The notes under the pieces are model-generated. The model was not told the DNA's origin and ran no database searches. It saw only the letters and a list, made by a program, of their open reading frames with translations. From positions 23,942,605-24,006,604 of the forward strand of contig NC_057718.1 of the NCBI RefSeq assembly GCF_004010195.1: a stretch of DNA of 64,000 nucleotides, read 5' to 3'. This document shows positions 49,828 through 62,339 of the stretch, piece by piece. The stretch comes from Chiloscyllium plagiosum (taxonomy: Eukaryota). How positions within the stretch are numbered: position 1 is the first letter of the stretch; each line of letters opens with the position of its first letter. Position numbers and translations under genes: made by a program.

Positions 49828-51334
49828 AGGATCTCATCAGTGATGCAGAATTCTTCAGCTCGGGGAATTCCAACATCACATCATCTATTGCAAACAACAA
49901 CCACTTCGTGAGTTCATATAACACCTTTAACATAAAGCAATCACAAGCTTCACAGGAACACTGCCAATTTAGTTAGGACGAAAAATATTTCATGTAGGTT
50001 TCCTTCTCATGGTCTAATTTCTTCCTGTTTTTATTTTGTTTAATTTTCCACTCGCGCTCTGCAGTCCTTCTTAAATGCTGAACAATCATTTGACCTTCCA
50101 CTGTGCAATTTTTAATATTTTCTTCCACTGTTTAATGCTTAGGTACTTTTTAATTAGATTTTATTTTATATTTTTAGTTGAAATATACTTTGGTATTCTG
50201 AAGTATCCCCTGTCTTTGTGTGTCAGTATTGATCTATGTCCTAGCCTAGCAGAGTTTGTTCGTCCTACCATGTTACGTTTACCATTTCCAATAAAGTGTG
50301 CTCACCAGTTGGTTCCAGAATGTGCTGTCTTCAGAAATTCGCTCACTCAAAGCATTCCGTGAATTCTGGAAATAGTTGCTTGCATGGTATGTTTTTCTTC
50401 CATTGTAGATTACGACCTAACTAAATTAGCAGTGTTCCTGTGAAGGTTGTGATTGCTTTATGTTAAAGGTGCTATATGAATACAGGAAGTTGTTGTTTGC
50501 AATAATAAGTGTGATGTTGGAATTCCCTAGGTTGAAGAATTCAAGGATGTGTTTCGTAACACTGCACCACTGATGTGATCCTCTGTGGCTTTTTAAGTTG
50601 ATTTTATGATGGTTGTTTGGAACAGTGTTTGTCTTCTGAGCTTTTCTTGGTTGGGCAACTAGTTCAAAAGTCGCATTTGATCAAGCCTGAAAAATCTGCA
50701 TTTTTTTTTATTGTGTAAAATTAACCAGGAAAAGGAAAATGATTCTGAAAATCATTTCGTTTTCGGCAGCTGATGTTTCCAATTTTATATTGCAAACATT
50801 AATGCCATGTGATTTTTTTTTTTTGTTTTGCTCTCTGTCTCTGGAAAAATGAATTCCCTCTGCAACTCTGCTATAGGACCTAACCTAACATTTAGATGCA
50901 ATAATAGATCTGATCTGCGGTGTGTAAGATCGTGGCTCCCCTAATTTCCTCCCTGCTCTACCCAGCATCCACCCAGTCGACTCCCTTGTCAATCAAAAAT
51001 CTGTCGTTCTCCATCTTTTTTTTTCTTTTAGGATGAGTGGATTATCTCATTTTCACTTCATACGCTCCCAAGGTCTTCAGTTCTGATATGCAGGAGTTGA
51101 GTCAAACTAGAGTAGTCACATTAAAAAGCACATGCAATGGGTTTTCTTCCCCCTGTTGCTTTTACTTTTGCAGATTTTGGTTTTTCATTGTTCTGTTTTC
51201 AGGTGATAGCTGTTCACTATCTCACCATCCTCTTTTTAGACACTTTTTAAACTTGATCTGTTACCACACCCATTGTTTGCATGGGGAAATGAATTTCAAA
51301 CATTCATGGCCTTTGAGTACAGCTGTAATTGTAA

Positions 51335-51785
51335 GACAGTAAGATATAGGAGCAGAATGAGGCCATTTAGCCCATCGAGTCTGCTCCTCTGTTCAAACGT
51401 GGCTTGTTTCTCAAACCCATTCTCCTGGTAATCTTTTCATCCCATTCTTATTTAGGAACCAATCAATATCTATATGGTCTTTCAATACACCATGATTTAG
51501 CCTCCACAGGCTTCTGCAGCAATGACTTCCCCAGATGTACCACACTCTGGCTGAAGAAATTCCTCCGCACCCCAGTTCTAAAGGGACATCCCTTCACTTG
51601 GAGGCTGGGACCTGGGTCCTAGATCCTTGTCCTTTCCACTAGTAGGAAAGACATATCCATGTCCGTGCTATCCAGGTCCTTCAGTATTCTGCAAATTTTG
51701 ATGAGAAATCCTTCTAAACTCCATTGAGTACAGATCAGAATTCTCAACGGCTCATGTGATAAGCCCTTCATCCCTGGGATCCGTT
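51335..51785 (-). mobile_element. CR1-type LINE 3' fragment
   Basis: aggagcagaatgaggccatttagccc tail; ggctgaagaaattcct (RNFFSQ on the minus strand). Confidence 0.82.
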
Positions 51786-53912
51786 GCTTTCCATGTTGAC
51801 AATAGTTGGCACAAGCCTGGCACTAAGTTCATATGGAGAGTGAGAGTGAGTGTCCGTCTCCCGCATTACCCTTCAGCATTGCTCCTGAAGTTTTAGCAGT
51901 GTTACACTTAGCGGATACCAGGTGCTCTGTGGAATTCTTTAGTGTGTTAGAGCTTATGTTGCTAAGTAGCCCATTAACAGCAGGTTGGAAATTACACATG
52001 GCCATTGTATCCATTAAAGGATATGTACACAGTAGAGAACCAGCATCAAATCTGTGCCTAACTTCATTCCATCTTCATGTACCTGTTCAATACGCTTTCG
52101 ATTATAGGGAGGGTGAGGATACAATTTTATTTTATTTGCTTCAATTGACCAGTAAGTTTATGGCAATTCATAACTTAGCATGTACCTTCTTAGTTCAGTT
52201 ATTCCCATCAATGTGCCCATGAATTCCGGTTTAGTGAGCTCCCTTTTCCAGCAAGGGTTTCACCCACATTATTCACCAGAGGGAACTCAAAAATATTTTG
52301 AGATATGAAACCTGAGAATGATTGTCTGTCTGGTTTGTTTACTAACAGGTTAATAGATCAGTTTAAGGGCAGGCTTGCTGTATTTTTTGCTCAAATGAAA
52401 GTAAGCATTCTTCGTCCTATCCAGCTGTGTAGACAAATCATGTGTAATCAGTGGTTGAAATGGGTTATCCATTCATCACCATTTTTTATGTTTAGTAAAA
52501 ATTACTATTTGTAAAATTACAACTTGCAGCTTTTTAAATGTTTGCTGAATTTTATGGATAAAAAGGAACTTTTATATATGGGATGAATGAAATGCTGTCT
52601 ATATATAACGAGCTGGATGCAGCACCCACCTTCAGGTGATGATAATAACTCTGGCCAGGCTGAGGCTTTTGAAAACAGCGATGCGTTCACTAAAATATTA
52701 ATGTACTGTAGGTACTTATACAACTACAAATTGATCTTTTTGATACATGATGATGCTTGTACATCTGATTTCAGGTGTTGAGTGGGAGAACAAAAAAACC
52801 CAAGTCACAGACCTGAACATTTTCAATTTGTTCCACTCACCACTGTTCCTGCCTGATCAGCTCAGTATTTCTAGTATTTCCTATTTGTTTCCAGGCACAG
52901 ATAAAAAAAAAACTGAAAATTCTGGAAATACTTGGCCTTTCTCTGCCATGGAGAAAGGAATACAGTTTAACAGCTAGGTTTTGTTCAATTTTAAGTCAAC
53001 TGCGTTGACTGTGGTCAGGGTGTTGTGATGAGAAATAAATCAGTATTTTGAATAAATCACCTTTTTGAAGAAAAGCAAGATCAAAACAGCAGCCTTTAAA
53101 ATGAGAGCGAGAGAGAGAGAGCATATACCATTTCGGAGGTAGGGAAAAAGGAGCAGTGAATCTACACAAATGTCTCACCAGGCAGTGAACTTTCACAGCT
53201 AACTGCCTCTGCTGCTTAGTTTCAAGTATCTCTGGACATTTGGAGTTTGGTCAAAGAAAAATAAAGAAACTGAGATTCCCAGCTGACCTTGGCAAAATCT
53301 CTAACTGGGAGCTGCTCACAGCTCGGGAATGGTTATGTGTTGTTATAAGTCTGACCATATTCTTCCTTTTACAACATCTACAATAGTGAGTAGGGTAATT
53401 TTTTTTTTGTTTGTTTTATTGAGATCAATCTCTAGATTAAATTTATTTAAAAAAGTAGGAACCAGATTACCCTAGAACAGTGTTTTTTGTTTAAGGGCAG
53501 TAAGACCACTGCAATTTTCTGGGTCTGTAGATTAAGGTGCAAAGATGGCTTTTATAAGGATGATGTGCTCTTCCAGATTATGGGAAATCTCTATTGTTAC
53601 TGATGATCATGTCTACAGGAAGTGTTTGTTTGTGAATCCTATTTGATTGCATGGATCGGTTGGAGCAGCAGTTAGAGGGCAATAAGGCATTAACAGGAGC
53701 TAGAGGATATGATAGATGCAGTTTCAGGAAAGGCGAAAAACCACAGATACTATTGGATAGATGGGTTACCTCTAGGAAAGGTAGGTAGATACTGCAGGAG
53801 TCTCCTATGGCTATCCCCACCTCAAACAAGTATGCTGTTTTGGAAAATGTCGGGGTGATGGACTCTCAAATGTAACACTGACAGCCAGTTTTTTGATATG
53901 AGGGGTACGTCT

Positions 53913-54732
53913 AATTACATAGAACTGTACAGCACAGTACAAGCCCTTTAGCCCTCTATATTGTGCAGACCTTTTATCCTTTTCGAAGATCAGACTAACC
54001 TATATACCCTTCATTGTACTATCTTCCATGTGCTTATCCAAGAGTCGCTTAACTGTCCCTAATGTATCTGACTCTACTACCATCACTGGCAGTGCATTCC
54101 ACTCACCCACCACTCTGTAAAGAACCTACCTCTGACATCTCCATTAAACCTTCCTCCAATCACATTAAAATTATGTCACCTTGTGATAGACATTTTTGCC
54201 ATGGGAAAACATCTCTGGCTATCCACTCTATCTATGCCTCTTGACATCTTGTACACCTTTATCAAGTCACCTCTCATCCATCTTTGCATCAATGAGAAAA
54301 GTCCTAGCTCACTCAATCTTTCTGCATAAGACATGCCTTCCAGTCCAGGCAGCTTCCTGGTATATCTCCTCTGCACTCTCTTTAAAACTTCCACATCCTT
54401 CCTATAACGAGGCGACCAGAACTGAACACAATATCCTAAGTGTGGTCTAACCAGGGCTGTATAGAGCTGTGGCATAACCTTGTGGCTCTTAAACTCAATC
54501 CCCCTGTTCATGAAAGCCAACATACTGTATGCTGCTTTAACAAGCCTATCAACTTGGGTGGCAACTTTGAGGGATCTACGGATGTGGACCCCATGATCCC
54601 TCTGTTCCTCCAAACTACCAAGAATTCTGCCTTTAACGCTGTATTCTGCATTTAAATTCGACCTTCCAAAATGAACCTCTTCACAATTTTCCAGGTTGAA
54701 TTCCATCTGTCACTTATCAGTCCAGCCCTGCA
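53913..54732 (-). mobile_element. CR1 3' fragment, antisense insertion
   Basis: 176-aa ORF MEFNLENCEEVHFG...LVRPHLGYCVQFWSP. Confidence 0.92.
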
Positions 54733-55148
54733 TGGTTCCAAGTGATCGATTGTGACAGGGCTCTTTTCTTTTTTTTAAGTCTGAGGTACTGCAAGGATAG
54801 AAGCTAGAGAACTTGGGGAAATAAATAGTGATATCTTAAAGTGTCCATAAAACAGAAGAGGAGGTGCTGGATGACTGAAAATGCCTGAAGGCGGATCCCT
54901 GGAACAGACCAGGTGTACTCCAGAATTATGGGAAGCTAGGGAAGTGATGGACCCCTTGCTGAGATATTTATATCAACGATACCCACAGGTGAGGTGCCGG
55001 AAGACTAGAGGTTGGCTAACTCGGTGCCACTATTTGAGAAGGGTGGGAAGGAAAAGTCATGGACCGGTGACCCTGACATCGGTGATGAGCAAGTTGTTGG
55101 AAAGGATTATGAGCAACAGGATTCATGTGTTTGGAAAGGCAAAGACTG

Positions 55149-57209
55149 CTGAAAGTATATTCCTGTTAGGGTGAAAGGAAAGGCTGGTAGGTATAGGGAA
55201 TGTTGGAAGACTGAAGAAATTGAGGGTTTGGTTAAGAAAAAGAAGGAAGCATATGTAAGGTATAGACAGGATAGATCAAGTGAATCCTTAGAGTATAAAG
55301 GCAGTAGGAGTATACTGAAGAGGGAAATCAGGAGGGCAAAAAGGGGACATAGATAGCTTTGGCAAATAGAATTAAGGAGAATCTATAGGGTTTTTACAAA
55401 TACATTAAGGGCAAAAAGGTAACTAGGAAGAGAATAGGGCCTCTCAAAGATCAGCAAGGCGGCCTTTCTGTGGAGCCGCAGAAAATGGGGGAGATCCTAA
55501 GTGAATATTTTGCATCAGTATTTATTGTGGAAAAGATATGGAAGATATAGACTGCAGGGAAATAGATAGTGACACCTTGCAAAATGTCCATATTACAGAG
55601 GAGGAAGTGCTGGATTTCTTGAAATGCATAAAGATGGCTAAATCCCCAGGACCTGATCAGGTGTACCCTAGAACTCTGAGAAGCTAGGAATGTGATTGCT
55701 GGGCCTCTTGCTGAGATATTTGTATCATCAATAGTCACAGGTGAGGTGCCGAAAGACTGGAGGTTGGCTAACGTGGTGCCATTGTTTAAGAAGAGTGGTA
55801 AGGATAAGCCAGGGAACTATAGACCAACGAACCTGACCTCGGTGGTGGGCAAGTTATTGGAGGGAATCCTGAGGGACAGGATGTATATGTGTATGTATAT
55901 GTATTTGGAAAGGCAAGAACTGATCAGGGATAGTCAGCATGGCTTTGTGCGTGGGAAATCATGTCTCACAAACTTGATTGAGTTTTTTTGAAGAAGTAAC
56001 AAAGAGAATTGATGAGGGCAGAGTGCTAGATGTGATCTATATGGACTTCAGTAAGGCATTCAACAAGGTTCCCTATGGGAGACTGGTTAGCAAGGTTATA
56101 TCTCATGGAATACAGAGAAAACTAGTCATTTGGATACAGAACTGGCTCAAAGGTAGAAGACAGAGGATGGTGGTGGAGGATTGTTTTTCAGACTGGGGGC
56201 CTGTGACCAGTGGAGTGCCACAAGGATCGGTGCTGGGTCCTTTTACTTTTTTGTCATTTACATAAATGATTTGGATGCGAGCATAAGAGGTACAGTTAGT
56301 AAGTTTGCAGATGACACCAAAATTGGAGGTGCAGTGGACAACGAAGATGGTTACCTCAGATTACAACAGGATCTTGATCAGATGGGCCAATGAGCTGAGA
56401 AGTGGCAGATGGAGTTTAATTCAGATAAATGCGAGGTGCTGCATTTTGGGAAAGCAAATCTTAGCAGGACTTATACACTTAATGGTAAGGTCCTAGGGAG
56501 TGTTGCTGAACAAAGAGACCTTGGAGTGCAGGTTCATAGCTCCTTGAAAATGGAGTCGCAGGTAGATAGGATAGTGAAGGCGGTGTTTGGTATGCTTTCC
56601 TTTGTTGGTCAGAGGATTGAGTACAGGAGTTGGAAGGTCATGTTGCGGCTGTACAGGACATTGGTGAGGCCACTGTTGGAATATTGCATGCAATTCTGGT
56701 CTTCCTATCGGAAGGATGTTGTGAAATTTGAAAGGGTTCAGAAAAGATTTACAAGGATATTGCCAGGGTTGGAGGATTTGAACTATAGGGAGAGGCTGAA
56801 CAGGCTGGGGCTGTTTTCCCTGGAGCGTCAGAGGCCGAGGGGTGACCTTATGGAGGTTTACAAAATTGAGGGGCATGGATAGGATAAATAGGCAAAGTCT
56901 TTTCCCTGGGGTCAGGGAGTCCAGAACTAGAGGGCATAGGTTTAGGATGAGAGGGGAAAGATATAAAAGAGACCTAAGGGGCAACTTTTTCACGCAGAGA
57001 GTGGTATGTGTATGGAACGAGCTGCCAGAGGAAGTGGTGGAGGCTAGTACAACTGCAACATTTAAGAGCCATTTGGATGGGTATATGAATGGGAAGGATT
57101 TGGAGGGATATGGACTGGGTGCTGGCAGGTGGGGCTAGATTAGGTTGGGGATATCTGATTGACATGGATGGGTTGGACCGAAGGGTCTATTTCTATGCTG
57201 TACGACTCT
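55149..57209 (+). mobile_element. Young ~2-kb 5'-truncated CR1 with full RT domain (frameshifted)
   Basis: GNYRP, SQHGFVRGKSCLTNL, YMDFSKAF, SGVPQGSVLGP, KFADDTK; flanked by GACTG direct repeats. Confidence 0.95.
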
Positions 57210-58649
57210 GACTGATCACAGATGGTCAACATGGCTTTGGGCATGGGAAATTGTGTCACAGTAACATGATTGAGTTTTTTAAAGGAAGTAACAGAGAATT
57301 GCTGAAGGCAGAGCATTGGACGTTGTCAATATGGACTTCATTTAAGGTGTTTGACAAGGTTCTGCATGGTAGACTAGTTAGCAACGTAACATTACATGAA
57401 ATGCAGGCAGAACTAGCCATTTGGATACAAAATTGTCTCAATGGTAGGAGACAGAGTGGTGATGAAGGGTTGCTTTTTGGACTGGAGACCTGTGACCAGC
57501 GCTGTGCCACAAGGATTGGTGTGGAGTCCACTGCTTTTCCTCTATTTATTTAAATGATTTGGATGTGAGCATAGGAAGTATGGTTAGTAAATTTGCAGAT
57601 AACACCAAAGTTGGAGGTGTAGTGTACAGTGAAGAAGGTTACCTCCTTTAAACAGGATTTCAATCAGATGGGCCAATGGGCTGAGGAGTGGCAAATGGAA
57701 TTTAGATAAATGTGAGGTGGTGCATGTTGGAACGGCAAATTAGAGCAGGAGTTATACATTTAATGGTAAGGTCCTGGGGAGTGTTGCTGGGTAAAGTAAC
57801 CTTGCAGTGCAGGTTTGTAGTTCCTTGAAAGCGGTGTCACAGTTTGATAGTGTAGAGAAAAAAGCATTTGGTATGCTTGCCTTTATTGGTCAATGCATTG
57901 TGTTGGAGTTGGGAGGTCATGCTGTGACTGTACAGGACATTGGTTAGGCCACTTTTACAATAGTATGTTCAATTCTGTCTCTCTGCTACAGGAGGGATGT
58001 TGTGAAACTTGAAAGTGTTCAGAAAAGATTTACAAGGATAAAAGCACGATTTACAAGGATGTTGCCAAGGTTGGAGGGTTTGAATTATAGGGAGGCTGAA
58101 CAGACTGTGGCTGTTCCTCCTGGATTGTTGGAGGCTGAGGAAGTAGAAGTTCATAAAATCATGAGGGGCATGGATAGAGTAAATATAGGCAAGGCCTTTT
58201 CCCCAGGGTAGGGGAAGGCATGGGTTTCTGCTGAGAGGGGAAATGGCTGGTGAATGTATGGAATGAACTGCTAGAGGAAGTGGTGGAAGCTGGAACAATT
58301 ACAACATTTAAAAGGCATCTGGGTTCAGACGGATATGGGCCAAATGCTGGCAAATGAGACTAGATTAATTTAGGATGTCTTGCCAGCATGGATGAATTGG
58401 ATCATAGGGCCTGTTTCCGTGCTGTATATCTCTGACTCTAAATGATAATTTCCTACCTTGTTGAGTCCAAACAGAGGCAGTGATTTATACATGATTCCTC
58501 TATCTGCAAAGGACAGGGCTCTTGTATTGATACTTAGGTTGTAATATATGCAGATACACTGCACTCTTATTCCTTGCACATTATGGATTATCCAGGAGGT
58601 GTTGTCCAATTTCGGAATCTCATGTCATGTTAAATGTTGGGGCGCAAAC

Positions 58650-58960
58650 ACATATTGCTTGAACTGCAGCAGGTATGGCAGCTTCTGTGGAGAGTGTGTT
58701 AACATTTCAAGTCTGTAGTGCCTCCTCTTCAGATCATTTTTTTCAGTCGTTGACCATACCCAACTAGCTCATGCTTGCAGAACTGTGTCTCTTGCTTGTC
58801 ATGAACTGCCAAAGCAGCTTGCAGTTGATGATCTGCTGGTCTTTGGGATGTCTGACCCACATATCTGGCATCGTGCCAGCACTTAGTTACCACATAGCAT
58901 GTGAATTTGTCAATCAGTGTTAATGGATATCTTGGTAGAGACATTACCATGGACAATCAG
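58650..58960 (-). mobile_element. Penelope GIY-YIG fragment next to a family 3 repeat
   Basis: Minus ORF peptide CWHDARYVGQTSQRPADH resembles the YIG box (YVGxTxxRL). Confidence 0.65.
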
Positions 58961-60901
58961 ATTCCACTTGCTACCCAATCAAACTCTGGTTTAATGCAGT
59001 AATTACTGGTTTTCCCCTTGAATTGGGTGTTCTTTGCAAAATATCTTGATGAGTTTAAGCTGAAAAGCTTTAAACAATTGTAGTCTTCAGTGATATGCAA
59101 GTTCTGAACTGTCAAACCCATCAGGATGAGTGAATATCTGAATTTGAGTTCCTATCATTTCCTGTATTAACTTTTTCCATCTACCTCTTGCACAAGTGTT
59201 CATAGCAATTAAAATCTGTGGAGAAATGCATCAAATATTGACTTTGCTTGACATCAGCTGAAACTCTTTCAATCTCAATTTGTGCAAAATAAGCTTGTCT
59301 GAGATGCCATGTTCCAAATGACTGAACTCCTCCATTCTCTCTCTTCACTCCTCAACCCCCAATTTACTATTTGGCTACTTGCTTCTGGTCTTTTAAACTG
59401 CTGGCACAGACCAACTCCTGAGTTGTCATTCTAGACAGAACATTCTCAAATAGCCTGTCACTTCCCTTTCCAAGTATCCACATGGTAATAAAGTTATGCC
59501 GCATCTAATTATGGGACCTCCTCTACCCAGTTACCATGTTGTGTCTCTCTCATTTACATGGAAAACTCTACCTTGATCACATTTCAAATAACAAAAAAAG
59601 CAAACCAATACTGGAGCAACTCAAAGTCATGGTGACTTGCTGCCTGATTTGTGCTTGATCTTGCCAGGCACGTTTTACAACCTCATTTACTCTGCATTGA
59701 CTTCAATAATGTAGAATATTGCACTGTAATGTTATGCATCACAGCAGAATAGTAGTGTAAAGTCGCCATAGTTTTATGTCAGGTGCTAGCATAAGTTTTT
59801 TTTTCACTGAGCAAGAACCGCTTTCTCCACTTCCCCTCGCCCCAACAGATACTGGTTAAATAGTTCATTCCACCAAATGCTTACACTGCCTGAAATTTTA
59901 ATTTTCAAAAGAATGCTTAAAACTGATGTCAGGATTTCATGGCTAAAGTGGCATGGCACTTGCAATTAATGTCTTTTTAGTTCCTCCCTGCAAAATGGAT
60001 AAAATGTTTTCTGTGGACAAATCGTTCCCCTTTCTCTTCAAAATAAGATTCTGGATTGCACATGTCATGCACAACTGTCACCACTAGGGGGAGGGGGACA
60101 CTTGGAATCTTAAAATAAGATCACCAATCATGATGAGGGAATATGTCTCTATCTCATTTCAAACATTTACGGTTTGGCACAATTTTCTGAAAAAATTAAT
60201 GTTACTGTTTCAGTCAGTCTGAGTGATATGAGAAAATAGTTGTAGCAGAGTGGTGAACGGTCAAAACATTATGGCACAATTTCTTGGGGTATTCATAAGG
60301 ATACATCTCCAGTTGCAAGATCTTGTGGATGTTTGCTATGAACAAACCTTAATAGGCAAAATCAGGTTGACACTTAGTGATGTTTTCAGGTAATTATGAT
60401 GAGAAGCTTTTGGCCTAAAATATTGGCTGTTTCTCTTAACACACATGCTTATTGACCTGAGTATTTCCAGAATTTTCAATACAAGTTGAGCACTGCAAAA
60501 TCTTTTAAAATTGCACACTGCAGCTGTGTGTGCAATAGTTATGATTCTGCTTTATTCTGCCAAGAAATGGCTGAAATATGTTGCAAAATCTGTACATAGG
60601 AATTGCCTACTAACCAGCCTTACTTGTACGTGCACATGTTGCTCAATATTCCATGGAGACACATTCATACTTGTTTATTGGCACATTTATTTCTTGTATT
60701 TGGTCTTTAGCAATCTGCTTCAAAATTTACTTCTAATCCAATTTCTTTTGACGTGATGATACTTGTCAGTTTGTATTTGTTTGCACATGCAGCATGTCAT
60801 TGTGGTTTTGGATTTCTTCAATCGCTTTGGATTTCCTTTCCAGTTTAGTTTGGCACAAACTACTTCAAGGAGAAGGTTGGTGTTTTGAAATAGTTCAGGG
60901 A

Positions 60902-61076
60902 GTGATGTAGAGGTGCTGGTGTTGGATTGGAATGGACAAAGTCAGAAGTCACACAACACCAGGTTTAGTCCAACCGGCTTATTTGAAATCGCAAGCTTTT
61001 TGAGCACTGATCCTTTGTCAGGTGAAGTGCTCCAAAAGCTTGTGATTTCAAATAAGCCTGTTGGACTAGAACTTGG
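60902..61076. mobile_element. PLE family 2 hairpin element
   Basis: ggcttatttgaaatcgcaagctttt pairs with aaaagcttgtgatttcaaataagcc. Confidence 0.82.
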
Positions 61077-61179
61077 ATTCAGAGAATGATTAAGATGTCC
61101 ATGTCTAAGTATGACCTGATTTTAAAAATGCAGCCTGCTCACAGACAAAAGTATTTAATTGCTAATGATGTTTTCATGG

Positions 61180-61265
61180 ATTCATCATCTCTGGATTAGG
61201 TGGGACTTGAACTTGGGCCTCCTGGCTCAGAAGTAGGGAATGTACCACTGCACCACAAGATCCCC
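61180..61265 (-). mobile_element. tRNA-like SINE head (related copy at ~48790-48850, + strand)
   Basis: Minus strand gggatcttgtggtgcagtggta...ggttcaagtccca provides A/B boxes. Confidence 0.6.
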
Positions 61266-62084
61266 TGCCACCGAACTAGCTGTCTATTCATTATCCAGTA
61301 AACTAGCTTGGAGTAATCTAAACCTCTACAATTTTTAAATAATCTGTATTCTCTAAATCTTTAACAGCCATGGAATGCATAATTAGTGTAAAAACTTTTT
61401 GCTTGGCCTGCCCTTTATCATCAATATATTGTTGGATATGGTGTTTTTTTGAGAGAGCTGTTGCTGTACTTTGTCTAGTAACCAGACCAACTCTTTGACT
61501 TGTATTCTTTCTGCAAATAATAACCATTCAGCAAGTCATTGCAGTAATTTAACATTGAACTGAGAAAATCTGGAATGCAGACATACAATCTGCTATTTAT
61601 AGAGTATATCTTCTTCTATTGGGTAAGATCACAGTCAAGCTTAGCTCTGATTTTAGCCAAAAAAGGAAACTAGTGATTTTATTTCTTATTGTTATTTGCT
61701 TTTTGTTTTGGTATTTTGAGGTGTATACTCTTATTACACATTGTTCAGGACATGCTATAGGTAATCCACATCTGGGTTGCATTCATGTTAACTGTCTTGT
61801 TTCATACCACAGTGACTGCACTACCAAAGTATTTCATTGGACATATAGCACTTAGGAGCATTGGGAGGTATTGTGTAAATGCAAGTGGTTCTATTGCCTT
61901 TACTATTGGGATCTTCATAGACTATTTTTGAGGGGGGGGGGGACAAGTGACTCGTTTCAGTTGTTTGCTATGCCTTCTGAAATTCAAGGGGGACTAAAAT
62001 TTGGAGACTTAAGTTTATGATAGAATTCCTCAAGTGCAGTTGCTTGAAACAACTGCTGTGGGAGCAATAACAGAATAGCAAAGC

Positions 62085-62260
62085 AAAAATCTAAACTGCG
62101 CTTGCTGGAAATCAAACAAAATCAGAAATTGCTTGAGAAACCGAGTAGGTCTGGCAGCACCTGTGGAGAGAAACAGTTAACGTTTCTGATCCAGTGACCT
62201 TTTTCAGAACTGTTATGTCAGACCTGCATTTTGCCAGCAATTTCTGATTATTGTATTTTT
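62085..62260. mobile_element. PLE family 3 repeat with short inverted arm
   Basis: aatcagaaattgct pairs with agcaatttctgatt; minus-strand hammerhead remnant at 62176-62210. Confidence 0.78.
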
Positions 62261-62339
62261 AATGTAGTGTTCATATCTGACTCTCACTGCATCTCAACTG
62301 AACTATATCTGTTATCTTAGATATGAGAAAAGCACTGGA

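Larger units (their letters stand above)
52995..58440 (+). mobile_element. Internally deleted CR1 retaining 5' UTR and ORF1 start, carrying two nested CR1 insertions
   Basis: ORF1-like Cys-rich remnant at 53560-53690; esterase-entry remnant at 54733; RT and 3' end at 54810-55148 and 57210-58440. Confidence 0.75.

Noticed and set aside
55692..57138. Reverse-transcriptase ORFs as an active gene
   Set aside because: 5'-truncated CR1 with frameshifts and stop codons.
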